Assembly (NCBI GenBank): GCA_051362555.1
Contig: CM120644.1
Location: 20,048,534-20,112,533, forward strand
Length of the DNA stretch: 64,000 nt
Source of the DNA: Lingula anatina
Taxonomy: Eukaryota > Animalia > Brachiopoda
Direction: 5' to 3'
Numbering within the stretch: position 1 is the stretch's first letter; each line of letters opens with the position of its first letter. The notes beneath the pieces were generated by a model. That model worked only from the letters and a program-made list of their open reading frames with translations. It was not told the DNA's origin and ran no database searches. The position numbers were made by a program, and so were the translations under genes. Below, piece by piece: positions 39,464 through 52,720 of the stretch.

Positions 39464-41250
39464 TAATTATGGTTGGCCAGAAGAGTTGTTGTTGTATTTA
39501 TATGATATTTTTTTCAAGATATTTTATATTGGTCTCAACCATATAAAAAGAAGTACAAAATTCAAAGCAGTAAAACATTGTAGTTTTTTATAGAACTCTG
39601 AGAGACTGGATATCACGTAAAATATACCCTTAAGTATTATTTATAGATAAAATCTCTCATTATTTCTAAAAATCGGCTGCAGGTCTTGGCAACGAAATTA
39701 AACATGTTATCATTACTAATCAAAAATAAAAACTTAAATCATTTAACATAGTAAATAGGCCGTACATAACATTGTACTGGGCAGGACTATACAAATACAA
39801 ATTGAGATTGTGATTAAAAATGCAATAAAGAAAATAATGCTGTTTTTCTGGATTATTCTAGCACTGTTTTTTTTATTTTTATTATTATTATTATAAAGAA
39901 AGAAGCTTCCTACAGTGCCTAAATGAGTACCCCACACGTTGTAAATATGTTATGTTAAAAAAAATAAATAATAATTAATAACTAATTAAAATTGATTGGC
40001 CATAGCCATTGCAGGGTCTCCGTTTAAGTGCCTCCTATGTAATAGCCCTACTGTCAAGCCCTATTTGTCAATCTCTCAGAATACAAAAGCTGGACATGAT
40101 ATATATATATATATATATATAATAAATTTCTTTAACTTCTACTAAGAACATATTCACGTTAGGTCGCTTTTAAACCCTTGCTTTATTGTCATTTTAGTGG
40201 TGTTTTGGCAACATCCCCATATAACGCAGTGTAATAAATGTGGCTTTTTTCGGTACGCAACCGCCTCGAAAACGCGCCGGATTATCCCCACTCCCACCCC
40301 CCTCCCCGTAATACCTTTTCATATTTATTACTCATATGGTCTGCAGATTACGTCTTACAATTTTTATCAAAATCTCTAGGGTAGAAATGGTGTTTCTGCA
40401 ATTCCTTGGACCCTACAATATGAGTACAGCTCTCTGTAAGGTGGGCCTAAAGAGCAGTTGATACCTTTAAGCTAACCTTCAGGCATGGATTGAAATTTTC
40501 GAAGTTATTGCCAAGATACTGGCTAAAAGTATGACATTAAACAAATGATATTTGTTCATTCGCTTAATTCTTTGTCACAGGTTTATAACTTTAAGAATTT
40601 AGAGACATTCCGATCATGTTCCACTTTCGTTTGGTGAATAAACTACGAAAGAAAAATAGTAAAGGTTCAGAATGTATTCAGCCCAAGCAAGTATTTTAGT
40701 TTCGGGTTCTTAGATCTGTAAAAAAGCACATTACTTACAAAGCCAAACTTGTTTATCTTCTCTACAAGTAGTACTTATTCTCTTCACGTTAATCATTTTA
40801 AGTAAATATTCATATAAAAGAAATGCGATTCGCTTTGATTATAGTCCTACACTAAAATTCTCCTATGGTATATGAACGGTTATCTTCTCACTACGCATCT
40901 GACAATAAACGGGACCTCTAATTAATGTATTTTATTAATAATTATATGATCAAATTCAAAGTGCGAAGTTTTTATGACGACGATATTTTTGTAGTTTGCC
41001 ACTCTTTCAGTAGTCTAATACATGAAGTAACTTGTTTGAATATTACAATAATTAAGATTTTTCCTACAGACCTAAAGCTAAGCACATGTGGGATCATATA
41101 TAAGCAAGGAGTTACAATAACTCCTTGATATGAGTAAGCGTATAAATGACTTTAATGAAAATGACAAGACACTTGAGGGGCGTCATTAACCGAATGTGAT
41201 ATCTTAGTGCTTGAGCAGTATACGACGCTATGTTGTAACTGCGTTGTGTC

Positions 41251-41300
<50 letters not shown>
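41251..41300 (+). repeat. (AAT)n microsatellite, possibly the tail of a retroposon
   Basis: Direct reading; it explains the poly-Leu ORF 41112..41306. Confidence 0.9.
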
Positions 41301-41301
<1 letters not shown>

Positions 41302-42125
41302 CTCATTCATTGGGAATGAAGATCTGTCTTAGGAATTTACAGTCATGACAAGATGGTTTGTTGGGGTTTGGGTAAAATTCGCGTCCTGTCTTCTCTACCA
41401 CAATCCCGCGTGTTTGTTCATTCATTCGACCTATAAAATCTGATTGCTCTGCCTGATCCCCTGACAGCAAGTATCAAGATTACTAAAATAGGATTTTTGC
41501 CATTGCACTTTCAGCAAACAGGAATCTCTTGCCGGAATAGGTACCCATGACTGTGTTTTATCAATAACAAAGACTAAATCGAGGCTTCCGTGCGGAAGGT
41601 GGTAAACCGTTTATTATTATTATGTAATCCAGGTGAGCATTTTGGTGAGAGGTGTTCAGAAAGGACCAAGGTCAGGGGAAGATGGAGAAAAAAGTAGCCT
41701 CATGACGCACTGCTACAATTTCTGTATGAAGAACGAGATTTTGGCAATGAAAACTGCAGCAGTTTGTTGTACATACACATGTAAGTACTGTGTTGACGAT
41801 ATAAGATAACTCTGTGTATTTTGCGTTGACGAAATGTTTCCCCAAATTGGTGCATTTCCCACATAAGGCATAGCGTGCCATTGGCTACATTTTACTGGCG
41901 TGAATGCTTTTGAGGTCCAAAATGAGCTTGAAATTTCAATGAATTATTTTCTGTTACTTTTCCAGAGGGAGCGAATTTGAAAATAAAGTGAATGGTTTAT
42001 TCCTGCTGTCCAAAGTTCTGAACGCGTAAATCCGTCTTAAACACGACTGGACAGGTAACTACATCCATACCTCCTTAATGGCACCCTTTTCATTATTCAC
42101 GACAGCGATTTTTTAGAGTAAAATA

Positions 42126-42381
42126 CACACACTGGACAATAGAAGTGTCACCCCTAATGGACCAATACTTTGGGGGAGATAAATGACTGTGGGATGATTT
42201 GCTCCTGGTATCATTTTATTAATATCAAATTTCACAAAAAGACCAACAATACAATTCCATGGTACAGCAGTTTTATACTCATTAGTCACATTATAAGTAG
42301 ACCAGGCATTATAACTACTCAAGATCTACCTATTTTGATTACTCTGATTCAAGGGGTGACACTTTTATTGTCCATTGTGTG
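42126..42381. mobile_element. Tc1/mariner-type MITE (256 bp, ~30-bp TIR, TA TSD)
   Basis: TA|cacacactggacaatagaagtgtcacccct ... aggggtgacacttttattgtccattgtgtg|TA. Confidence 0.8.
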
Positions 42382-43549
42382 TATACTCAGATTTACAGTA
42401 AACCGAAAACAAACAAAATTTCTCTGTAGAACTAGCCGTGATATATATATTTTGTTGGTACTATCAGGTTCCTTTATTAACTTAAATGTTCATGATTACA
42501 TTTACAATCCGCCCCATAATCTTCTAATCTGTATTAAAATATTTGCGTAAAGAATTTGATTTAAAAAGATGGCCTAAATTCGCTAGCACTCCGAAAACGG
42601 AATTATCTATGTAAGTGCATTGGAATATAAAGAAGATCAAAGTTTATCATACTACCTATTGCGTTGAAAAATCCTATCATTTAACTAAAGATTTATATGT
42701 GAATATGTAATGAAATATCAATCTGTGGCCCTGGAAGAGGGTAGTAACGCGTTTTCATGTACCTGGGGGGGGGGGGGGGGTGCAGCAGGCGCGTAGCCCT
42801 TCCCTAGCTTAGGAGGTAAACCTTCTCCTCCAGGAATTAACAGCATTACGAACGAAACGATACAAAACTCTACGTCCCTGCACACTGAAACAAATTACAG
42901 TTGAATTATCCTAGTCAGCCAACCGGACCCTTCTGTCAAATACCTATCGAAATTTACTTCTATCACTCAGACGTTTTCTTTTATCAGATTTTTGCCCTAA
43001 ACCTTTGCGTAATCCGAGGACTGGTAACTTTGTAACTCTCCTGGTATACAGGGCACGGCGGTTTAAGTGTAAAATGTTACGTGTGGGCACCTTTGCCATC
43101 ATCACGATATTCCTCATGGAGGGATACGCCTTATAGCCTAATAAATCTACCTGAAGTCTACTATATTGTCGTGTATAAATTAAATAGTATTTTTGTAACG
43201 ATTATATGTTTATTACTATATCAAACCCTTAGGCATCGTCACTTTAATATGAATTTCTCTGTTTATTTTCAGTGACTCCTAACTACCGCTTACTGGGTGC
43301 CTGGATGGGTCTTCCATCAAAGACATCAGATTTAAGTGGCCAGCGCCGGCTCCCTTGTCAAGATTGTCTCGCCCGCGAAGTTCGTCTTCTAGTTAATTTG
43401 CAGGGTTGCCGTTTGTTATGAAATGTAATATTTGCTTTGGGTAATAATATTTTGTACCAATATGTGTATCAGCCCAAGAATCGAACTTAACGAGCGTTTT
43501 ATTCACGGACTAAGTCCAAGCGCCAAACCAGAATATTGCTGGTTTAATA

Positions 43550-43753
43550 CAGTGGCGGATTTAGGGGGTGTCAGGGGTCCCCCCCCCCCCCTTCGATTTC
43601 TGAAAAAAATCACACCAGTGGTCCCCTCTTGAAATTAAAATTTATACTAGCTGAATCATAGTTCAAAACCCTGCCGAATGGCACCGTTTGACTTCTAACA
43701 TACTAAATATTCGCCTTCGCACCCCCCTTCAAATAATCCTGGATCCGCCTCTG
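43550..43753. mobile_element. MITE with CAG(T/G)GGCGGAT TIRs and probable 5-bp TSD
   Basis: cagtggcggat ... atccgcctctg; flanks taata / tagta (one mismatch). Confidence 0.7.
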
Positions 43754-43756
43754 TAG

Positions 43757-43759
<3 letters not shown>

Positions 43760-43789
<30 letters not shown>
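43760..43789 (+). repeat. (TG)n microsatellite
   Basis: Direct reading. Confidence 0.9.
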
Positions 43790-43793
<4 letters not shown>

Positions 43794-45441
43794 TGCTTCT
43801 TAGTCGCAGTACAGTGCTCTCTCTTCATCAGTTCTCAAACCTGAACCTGAAACGGCACTTTCGGAATAGCTCTTAAACAAAATTAATGTCGATAAAATCT
43901 GGCCTTGGTTAAGAGATGAATGGAAACAATATGATTAACTGATCGTTACAAAATTATCAAAAACGATCAAGTGATTGCCATAAAATTATCAGTAAGCCAT
44001 TGCAGAGCACTGTGCAAGTACGACCGGCTTTCTGTTCGGTTGTAAAATATTAAACGTGTGGACAAATATGTAATAAGACGAAGTTCTCTTGAAAAAAATT
44101 GCCTGTTTATCTAAATATAAAAAAGAAATTTTAATAAAGTTAACTTTTGGAAGGAAAATGCGTCGCAACTCCATCACTTAAATACATACAGGAAGCTCTC
44201 TAGACATACTGTGTTCAGTTGAAGACGAGAACAAGATGTAAATCTACAATTTATTGAAAACACTGTATTATAACAAATAATAACACTTCTGAAATTACAG
44301 GATTATGAAGTTGCAGATGTGCTCACGTTATTTCAATTTGCCCACACGTATTGGAATCTTAATAAAATTGTGAATATGCGGTGTGATACTAGCTAAGAAT
44401 AAACTGACTTTGGTTCTCGGTGTATTGACGGTGTGTGTCTACCCAGTGACAGACCAATATTGTCAGTGCTGGAAGGGGACAAACTGTTGCTTTTGCGCTA
44501 TGAAACTAAAGGGTAGGATAGATTTTTTTCGAAATTAATATACATTTGCTACATGTATTACAGCGAGGAGATACGAGTATATTTGATGAGAAAAACTTTT
44601 CTGATTGGACTACCAAAATTCCCAGCATAGTGTCGATTTGTGTGTCATTCAAGACTTAGTCAATATCATAAAGAAAATTTATAGATCTTCACCAAGAAAT
44701 AAGTAAATCATAGAAGGTATTATTATGATGACATATTTTGATTAGCACATAAGCTGTGGCAAAGAGTAATGAGTTTTCCTAATTATCAAAATGAAGCTTT
44801 GTAGACGGTCATCTTTTTCAGTCCTCTTCAGCAAATAATAAAAAAAAAAAAACAATTCAACAGGAAATTTTGAAAAAGTAATGATGATAATAATAAAAAT
44901 AACACAAATTAAAAAATACATAAACATGTCCTTGTTTTTGGTAGGGTTCAAGGGGTGATTTAGATCAAAAGTCCTAATTAGATATCAGTCCTGTTGGGTT
45001 GTTTTTGCTGTTGCTTGATCACATAACACTGGAGACCAGAGTCGAGTTTATGAGAATTTGCTGAATGAATGATTTAACTTATTTTGAGAAAAGGGATCTT
45101 TGTGTAAACTTTTCACTGTGTTGCATATAATTCTTAAAAATGGCTATAACTGGGATTAGGTTGTAAACCGATCATGTCTTTATGCTGCCTTTGTTTCGCA
45201 CGACAAACTAGTGTTAACTAAAAATGTGCCATTCACTGCAACCACGTTTTTTTATGATTTGATGCGAAGGATAGAAAATGCCGCAACATACGAGCTACAT
45301 ATACAATTATCATATACAAAGGGCCACTAATCTTAACAAAATTAATTTTTAAGGTGTTGCGTGCGATAATCAGCATGACGACATGGAATAAGGTGTGTAG
45401 TCCTGAGTGCATGCGTGCTTGTGGAGGTAGTACGTAGAAGA

Positions 45442-45725
45442 GATCCTATGCATTTTGAATTTTTGATATCGTAGATGCCACTGCATTTGGATAAAATGTT
45501 CCTCCGTGAAATTTGCAATCATTTATAAGACAATTACACTGGTGTCACTTTTGAACAGAAGTTTACTGTATTACACGGTCAATCTTCTCATTTATTTATT
45601 ATTTCTGGGTAAAACCCTGGGAATTTTATGTTCTTCTTAGTATTATGTGCACCGTAACATTTTTCAAGAAAAAAAAATCAAAAGAATTAGTCGTTTGAGC
45701 AGCTAATTTCAAAATGCATAGAATC
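45442..45725. mobile_element. Possible degenerate MITE (18-bp inverted repeat pair)
   Basis: gatcctatgcattttgaa ... ttcaaaatgcatagaatc; no clear TSD. Confidence 0.4.
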
Positions 45726-45960
45726 ACCTATGTGTTTTAGTTGGAAATAGTGGTAGTTGTTTTAAGCTCGATTTGTATTTTTTTAAATTAAAATTTGTAA
45801 TGCTATGTTGTATCGGGTGCGGCTATTTGTATAGATAAAAAATACGATTTTCAGTTTTTTGAAATCCTGTGTAAGATGTAAAATTTTAATAACGTTTATT
45901 TACTTTTCAAATTATGCAAAAAGTCAATGTGGTGTTTATTATTGTCGTTACCTTCAGCTT

Positions 45961-46340
45961 AATTCGAACCCATGGCTTTCTGCTTTCCACATAGTCGTGC
46001 TTGGCGTATAGCCCATTAGCCTGTCGTCTTACCGAGTGAGCTATCGACTCGATTTGGTTATTAATAAATCGTATGGTCCTCTTGTAGTTATCCAAGGTGC
46101 TTATTTGATTTTGCAAAAGGTAATTTGCTGGGACCCAGGAATGCCAGGTTTCGAACTGGCGACCTTCTGTCTCAGAGGCAAGCGCGTTACCTACTCCTCT
46201 AACTGTTCCCACCCACCCTCCCCGGGTAGACTTTCTTCTTATAGTAACCAAAAGAAAAACAAATTATAAGCCCCTCTTCCTTATTTCCAAGTACCTTAGC
46301 CAGGAATCGAACCCCCAAACTCGGACTTTACCGCTGAGTC
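45961..46340 (-). mobile_element. Cluster of three tRNA-derived (SINE-like) heads
   Basis: Minus-strand Pol III boxes: tagctcactcggta...gggttcgaat (46045-45961); tagaggagtaggt...gttcgaaacc (46210-46144); ggttcgattcctgg (~46313-46300). None folds into a complete cloverleaf. Confidence 0.55.
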
Positions 46341-48318
46341 GTGTAGTTACAAATGAAAATACAAAGACATTTTGCATATATTTGAGAAGTTTTTTATTGA
46401 GAACAAAACATATTTACATTATGTATTCATGTATTTCTAAAACATCTTCCTGTTGAACTACATTGTCTTTTCAGAATATGTTCATCATTACAAGCGTTGA
46501 CTATGTTGAACAAAATAATTGATATCTGCTTTATTTGAAAATGTAAAAGACACCAACTTTTCCGTATTCGATTTGATTAATAAACTATGAACTCGACTAC
46601 TTGTCTTATGGTTGATCTTATTGATACTAAACTAAGTATTTCAATATCTACAAAATATCCGAATAGTCTATCTCACTCTCTCTCTCTCTCTATTTACATA
46701 TTATAAAAACATATGCAACATGTACAGGTATGAAATCTGGGTAAAAATCCGAGGGACAGATCATAATATTCCCTTCATCTATTTCCAAATAAGGAAATCT
46801 TGTTACAAATGGTATGCAACTGTTATAATATTCATTTTTCTAAATGCAAGAATATAAACATTTTACTAATGTTCGGCATCATCTGGTTGATGAAATGGAA
46901 GATGCTGGTAAGAAAACAGCAAAATTTACAAGAAATAACTTTCAACTACATAATTGGCCTCTTCATCTTAACCCAACTCTGAGATTTGTTCAGCAAATGA
47001 ATGTTACAAATTTTAGTTATATATAAGAATAAAACGTTTCGTACTGTACATGCATACATATTCACACCAGACTTGACACTTAGAAAAATATAAAATAAAT
47101 AAAATACAGCAACTTTCGTAAAAATTATCCGGTCATGCCGATTTTCAACAGAAACCTTCCTTATCTTCAAAATGCCCAAGGGGCATTATTCATTCCAGTC
47201 AATGAATTAAGCAATTGTCTCGATCTTTAAATTTAAATGTCATTCAAACTTGTTAACACTAAAAACTGTGCGTAATATCGCTACTTTTTCTCTCGTTTTA
47301 CAAGCGTGGCACCACATTGACCTACTTACGTCAAGACGAAAAGCTATTATTGCAAGTGTTACCGTCTAAAGCGATCTGGCAGTTTTGAGATACAAGAGCC
47401 CCAACACTTGCCTGTATACCGAGTATGAGTATAATAATGTTGATATGCTAAACTTTCGTCTCTATGAGGACACTGAATACAGTGACAAACAGGGCACAAT
47501 AACTAGGGTTTTTCAAGGGCCACTCCACAGTATTTTCCCCTTCTTGATTATTTCTCAAATACAAATATTGACTGTCATTATTTTCTACAAACTATACAAG
47601 TTTTATATAGTTATCGGAAAAGCAAAACTGTATTTTTCAATTCTATGGACAAGCATAGATGAAATTATGGTGGAAGCGAAATTTTACGTGGGGAAAATAT
47701 TGGAGAATGGCCTAACCACTTAAAAGCATGCACGTGTCCAAATACTTTTCTAAAATGAGTCACAAATAAGTCATTATGAAATGCTAAAATTAAATTCCAT
47801 AAAATGATGCTCTGAATCGGTTGAAATTTAAATATCCATATACTTAGTTTCTTGGCAGCTTCATATCCACTCCCTGGTCACTCAGAACTGAAGAAGTGAC
47901 ATCTCTTTCTTGATTGTACGGTCCATTAGTTTCATGGGGGAGGGGGGCAGGATGAAGTTTTTTTTTTCTTTTCAGTACTGATCAATAACTGAAACGCGAA
48001 GAACACCATTTAGTATTAATCAAACTAAAAATAAACAGGACCCATTATTGTTTAAAATATTTTCACATATACAAGAAGAACAAAATCCCAGACCCTTACC
48101 CTCCCCAAAATGTCACGCCATTATGTAGGTCACTGGCTGTCCGTGGTCCACTGAACAGTTTTTGACATGTTTGACCAGCAGACTACTATAATATATTCTT
48201 TAATATATTAAAATGATATGCTTATTATAAGTCTAAAATCCATTTAAAATGCTCTGTAGACTTAACATAAAAAGTGCTTAGGAACACAATTCTCAAGATA
48301 TATAAAAATCCAAAATTA

Positions 48319-48336
48319 TAGCGCCATCTGGAGGAC
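48319..48336 (-). promoter_or_regulatory. CTCF-like motif
   Basis: Minus strand gtcctccagatggcgcta matches the bilaterian CTCF core CC(A/T)(C/G)(C/T)AG(A/G)(G/T)GGC(A/G)C. Motif match only. Confidence 0.3.
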
Positions 48337-50002
48337 AAACATCCTTTGCTGCAGTCGCAGACAAAGCAGATTGTTCAGATTTAATTGTTTTAGTTTCATG
48401 AGCATTTAAATCCATTAAGAACAATGCAACACGACACACACAAATACCAATAAACACTCACAGACATCCACTGTATATAGCCTCTTTCTCGAAAATTACA
48501 TTTCCCAGACTCAATTTTGAATTGTTTTCTCCTTTGAATAGATGTCTCGGGTGTTGTCATGGATGCTGGTATAGAAACACGTGTTGAATAACTTAAATTC
48601 ATTACACACTGCGGCTATTAAGTGTATATTACTGGCCACATTCATTAAAAATAGTAAATAAATAAATAAATAAATGAAGAAATAAATAAATAAATATTAT
48701 ACGTAGAATTTAAAAGAATATATAACAGTAAATATACAATATATCAAATAATAAGTATATCATATACATAAAAAATAAACAAAAATATCGTATTCAATAG
48801 TGTCTAATAAAACAAAAACCATGAAAATCGATTTACATGTATGTTATTGACGCGTCCTTAATTGCCTCGCCTCTTATCACATCCTTCTTACATTGGCCCA
48901 ATTGGCATCATGAAGCACAATTTTAATCTTTTTATTCTGAAAAGTGGGAAAATAACAGCAATCCTGATATTGACCAGGAAAATTGGACCGGAAAACGGTG
49001 ACCGACGAAGATGCTGGAGGAATTGCAATATGAACTCTGCCAGAAAACTAACAGCGATAACCAAACTTTATTCTCGACCATGAACCATATCAATAATTTT
49101 TAACTGAGCAGATTTTTTCCACACTGACAGGTTTTTCTTAACTTCACGCAATGAGACGAGACACTTCAACCGATTGGTAATTACTTCCTTACAACTGTCT
49201 GTTCACTGGAATCCCCATCATAAAGATATCTATGGATCCCACATGAAACCTTTGAAATTAAACTGTATATACTTTATTATTTTGTTCCTGCAGCAAGGGG
49301 TGCTTTTGAAAACACACGTCCTCAGGGTCCAGCCCTGAATCGTATTATTTTGATAAAGTAAGTATTTTAACTAATCACAAATGTGCGGCTCAAATTTGAA
49401 AAACGTCGACTTCCTAAAGTATAATTATAAGGCTTGGGGTCACACTTTGAGAGACATGTTCGACGGACGGGACCGTGAGAGAAACGCGGTCATTGTATAG
49501 GATTCATTTTTGATCAAAATAAAAACTCTATATACGACCTTATTCTTATATCAAACAGCATGGCATGCACTTGCTTTTTTGAAGACAACTACCTTGTGGT
49601 CCGGTCCTAAACGCATGTACACGTATCCTGAGCGTCCTTGGGTTCGTTTTCTCCTGTCATTTCGACTAGTTTTACATAATTTTAAAACTCCTTCTTGCTT
49701 GACATCAGAAAAACGAAAACAAAGCAAATGTTTAATTTGCTTTACGGGAGAGTGAGTGTAACCCACCAGTAGCTTGTCGAAAATGACGACCCTAACTTGT
49801 TACAAACTTGTCCACATCTCATTGAAAATGCAGATAACACGAGTTGCAAACCAAAACTCACCGCATATAATGTCTTGTTACACGAATGATGAAAAATAAA
49901 AGGTCGCATTCACGAGTCACGGATCACACTAATTAATATGAACGTTTTACAATAAACATTGGCTTTCGGGGGGTAACAAAAACACCCAGTAGAGCCATCC
50001 AA

Positions 50003-50195
50003 GGGCTCATTCCCAATGAAACTATTGTTCTACCTAGATCTATCCAACTCCAGGGAGACTCTCGCTGAATGCAATTAGATTTTTAAGCTGTACAAACCGA
50101 TTAACACGTTTCTTCTTGTTCCCAACGGACTCATTTTATCAACAGCTTCCGTATTCTACTCAACGTCAGTAGGTGTTTTCATTGGGACTGAGCCC
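50003..50195. mobile_element. PIF/Harbinger (Tourist-like) MITE, 193 bp
   Basis: caa|gggctcattcccaatgaaac ... gttttcattgggactgagccc|taa: GGG-started TIRs with a 3-bp TAA-type TSD. Confidence 0.7.
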
Positions 50196-50523
50196 TAAGA
50201 ATTTTATACATGTATATACAGTATACAATAGGTAGATCGGGTGCAAGCATGTATGTAAACTGACAAATCTTCAGCTAATATTAAACTTAGTAAAATACCC
50301 ACTAGCAGTAAAACGGCCATTGCTTATGTCGAATGGTGGAATAATTACGAAAGAGTCATCTGTGGATATCGACATTCCTCGTTCAGTTTGACACAATCAC
50401 ACACACACACACACACACTTGGCTACTTACTGGACAGCCTAAATAATGCTCTCTGTGAGCATCAACCCCAAGTCACCGATTCAGAACTGAGATTAACCAC
50501 TGCGCCACCAAGTCTATCAGTGA

Positions 50524-50691
50524 CAGGGGCGGATCCAGAGATATTTTGTGACAGACTTCTGAATTATCTTTATTGATTCACCCTTTATTTTTGACCGTCT
50601 TCCGACAGAAAAAAATAGATTCCCGTCAATGTAAACCTGAAAATCTGACCGTCTTCCGGAAGACCCAGAAGACGGCCTAAATCCGCCCCTG
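50524..50691. mobile_element. MITE with CAGGGGCGGAT TIRs and 5-bp TSD AGTGA
   Basis: agtga|caggggcggat ... atccgcccctg|agtga; same TIR family as 43550-43753. Confidence 0.8.
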
Positions 50692-51815
50692 AGTGAGGAC
50701 TAGCAAACACACGTACGGGCTCATAGAAAGTCTAAGTACTCGAGTCGAGGGACCACTGGCAAAATATCAACCTCAAAAATGCGGGCTAGTCTGGACAGTA
50801 GTGGCCGGGCCACTTACGACACCCAGGCGTAGGGATTTTTTTCCATTCTTTTTTCTTTTTAAAACAGACAAAGATAATTTTTTAAAAATTGCTTGGTTTT
50901 GCCTAATTCCCCTTGTTATATTATGTTATTCCTAGATTTTTATTCTGGAAGGGAAGAGGAGGACCCTATGAAGCTACTGTACCGGGCTCCACCGTTGATG
51001 TCACCTTGAAGTACACGGTGACCGCAGAGAGATTGTCTTTGATGTCACCCCTGTGACCGACCTAGCTAAAGATTACATTTAGAGCTAGTTTGATGATGGG
51101 CCCTTTTTCTTTATTTAGTTTTTAACCAGGAATATTAAGCTTCAAAAGTGTTTGATATTCATGTTTTAGTGGGAAAGAAAATTACGTTTTACAAATTTCA
51201 AATTTAGTTTGTATGATTTAAGCGTCATAATTTTTAGGAATTTTATATTATATACCAGTCAAGTGCATTGGTATGTATCTTAATTCAATGTGCATTTTAA
51301 TGAATAAAAATAAATAAATAAATAAATCAGTTATATTTAAAATTAATTATGATAACATGTACATCTACCCTCGCGTCGCAATAGTAAACATTAGATGTAT
51401 CTCTCTGCTGCGTGGTACATGTAATACAGGTAGATAAAGAGCGAGTGGCGTCTCTTAATGGATTTTCTCAAACGTCTGAACAACGCTTTTTTATAAAGGT
51501 CAATTGCCCGGGCGTGCCTGATACAAGAGGTTACCGACAAAATTGCGGCACTTTTTTCAGTCGCCTTAATAAAGAATTCCAAACAGTCTGAAGAATGTCT
51601 TGGTAACGGTCTACCGTCACATCAATGTGTTTTAAAAAGTCTTTTAAGCAAACATTTTACTTGAGCGTTTTAGAGACGTTACACTGCCGATTTCCTTACC
51701 AGGTGATGTCTCATTTAGCAAGACGAGAAGTTGACTGGAGGTGACCCTGATTGCGACGCTTTCCACTAAAGACATAGGAATGTGGTAGATGAGACAAGGA
51801 ATGGACATAGAAGGT

Positions 51816-51823
51816 AAAAAAAA

Positions 51824-51882
<59 letters not shown>
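51816..51882 (+). repeat. poly(A) followed by (TA)n; a second ~40-nt poly(A) lies at 52174-52213
   Basis: Direct reading. Confidence 0.9.
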
Positions 51883-51884
<2 letters not shown>

Positions 51885-52171
51885 GTAAAATTAAAATTTC
51901 TACATTTTACGGTGAAACCCAAGATATTGAATATCAACGGCGGATCTAACAATATCTATGAACTGAATAAGACAAGCACTTACTAAATTACTAGACACTA
52001 ATATCGGCATCTAAGCAGAAGTTTTATCAAGCGCTCGTGTGTAATAGTAGTAACAATATACCGCACATGTAATATTGGGTGTGAATGTACAGGGTATGAA
52101 AGTAATAATTTCAATTGATTTACGGGGTTTCGGCATCATTGGAGAAGGGCCACTAGTTTTACTGTAAAATT

Positions 52172-52216
<45 letters not shown>

Positions 52217-52428
52217 GGATCGGTAAACTTGATACTTTCATTGACATGTCAGCACGTGGAGGTATCGGTACAAGGGCTTCTAGGTACGAGTTAGTGAATC
52301 TACACGCCGACGTACTGGGAAGTTTATCTATCGCGGCCGATTTCTATGACATCGTGAATTTATTGAGAGGTTTACCTAGAGAGCTACAAATATATTCGTT
52401 TTTGCCCTTAGGTTATAATATCTTTTAT

Positions 52429-52720
52429 GATTGACAGCCAATTATCCAATTCATTCAGTTTGATGGAAGCTGTCAAGTGCACACGACTTTGATTGGCAGT
52501 TTTATAAACAAACGTCAATCACAATCATTACACAGCGGATCACTATAGTCGTCGAACACGTAAAATTCCAGCTTCCTACATCCTTTGATTGACAAGGTGC
52601 CAATCAAAGTTAATTAGTTTTGACAGTTGCTGTCAAGTAATAACAGCTTGATTGACGGGTTATATAAACAAACGTCAATCATTTCCGATATGATCACTAT
52701 TGCTCTCGAACAGTAAGTGT
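52429..52720 (+). promoter_or_regulatory. Tandemly duplicated (~160-bp period) CCAAT/TATA promoter-like module ending in a splice donor
   Basis: Two copies of tgattgaca..ccaat..gctgtcaagt..ttgattg..tataaacaaacgtcaatca..gatcactat..tcgaaca. The second is followed by gtaagt at 52713. Confidence 0.45.

Noticed and set aside
44301-44330. DYEVADVL peptide resembling kinase exon 1
   Set aside because: No upstream ATG context and no phase-1 G|GT donor after it; likely chance.
45961-46210. Functional tRNA genes
   Set aside because: A/B boxes are present but acceptor and anticodon stems do not pair; treated as SINE-like heads.
49431-49767. Possible Harbinger MITE (ggcttggggtcacact ... agtgtaacccacc)
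   Set aside because: The inverted match is short and imperfect and the right TSD is missing; not supportable without a search.
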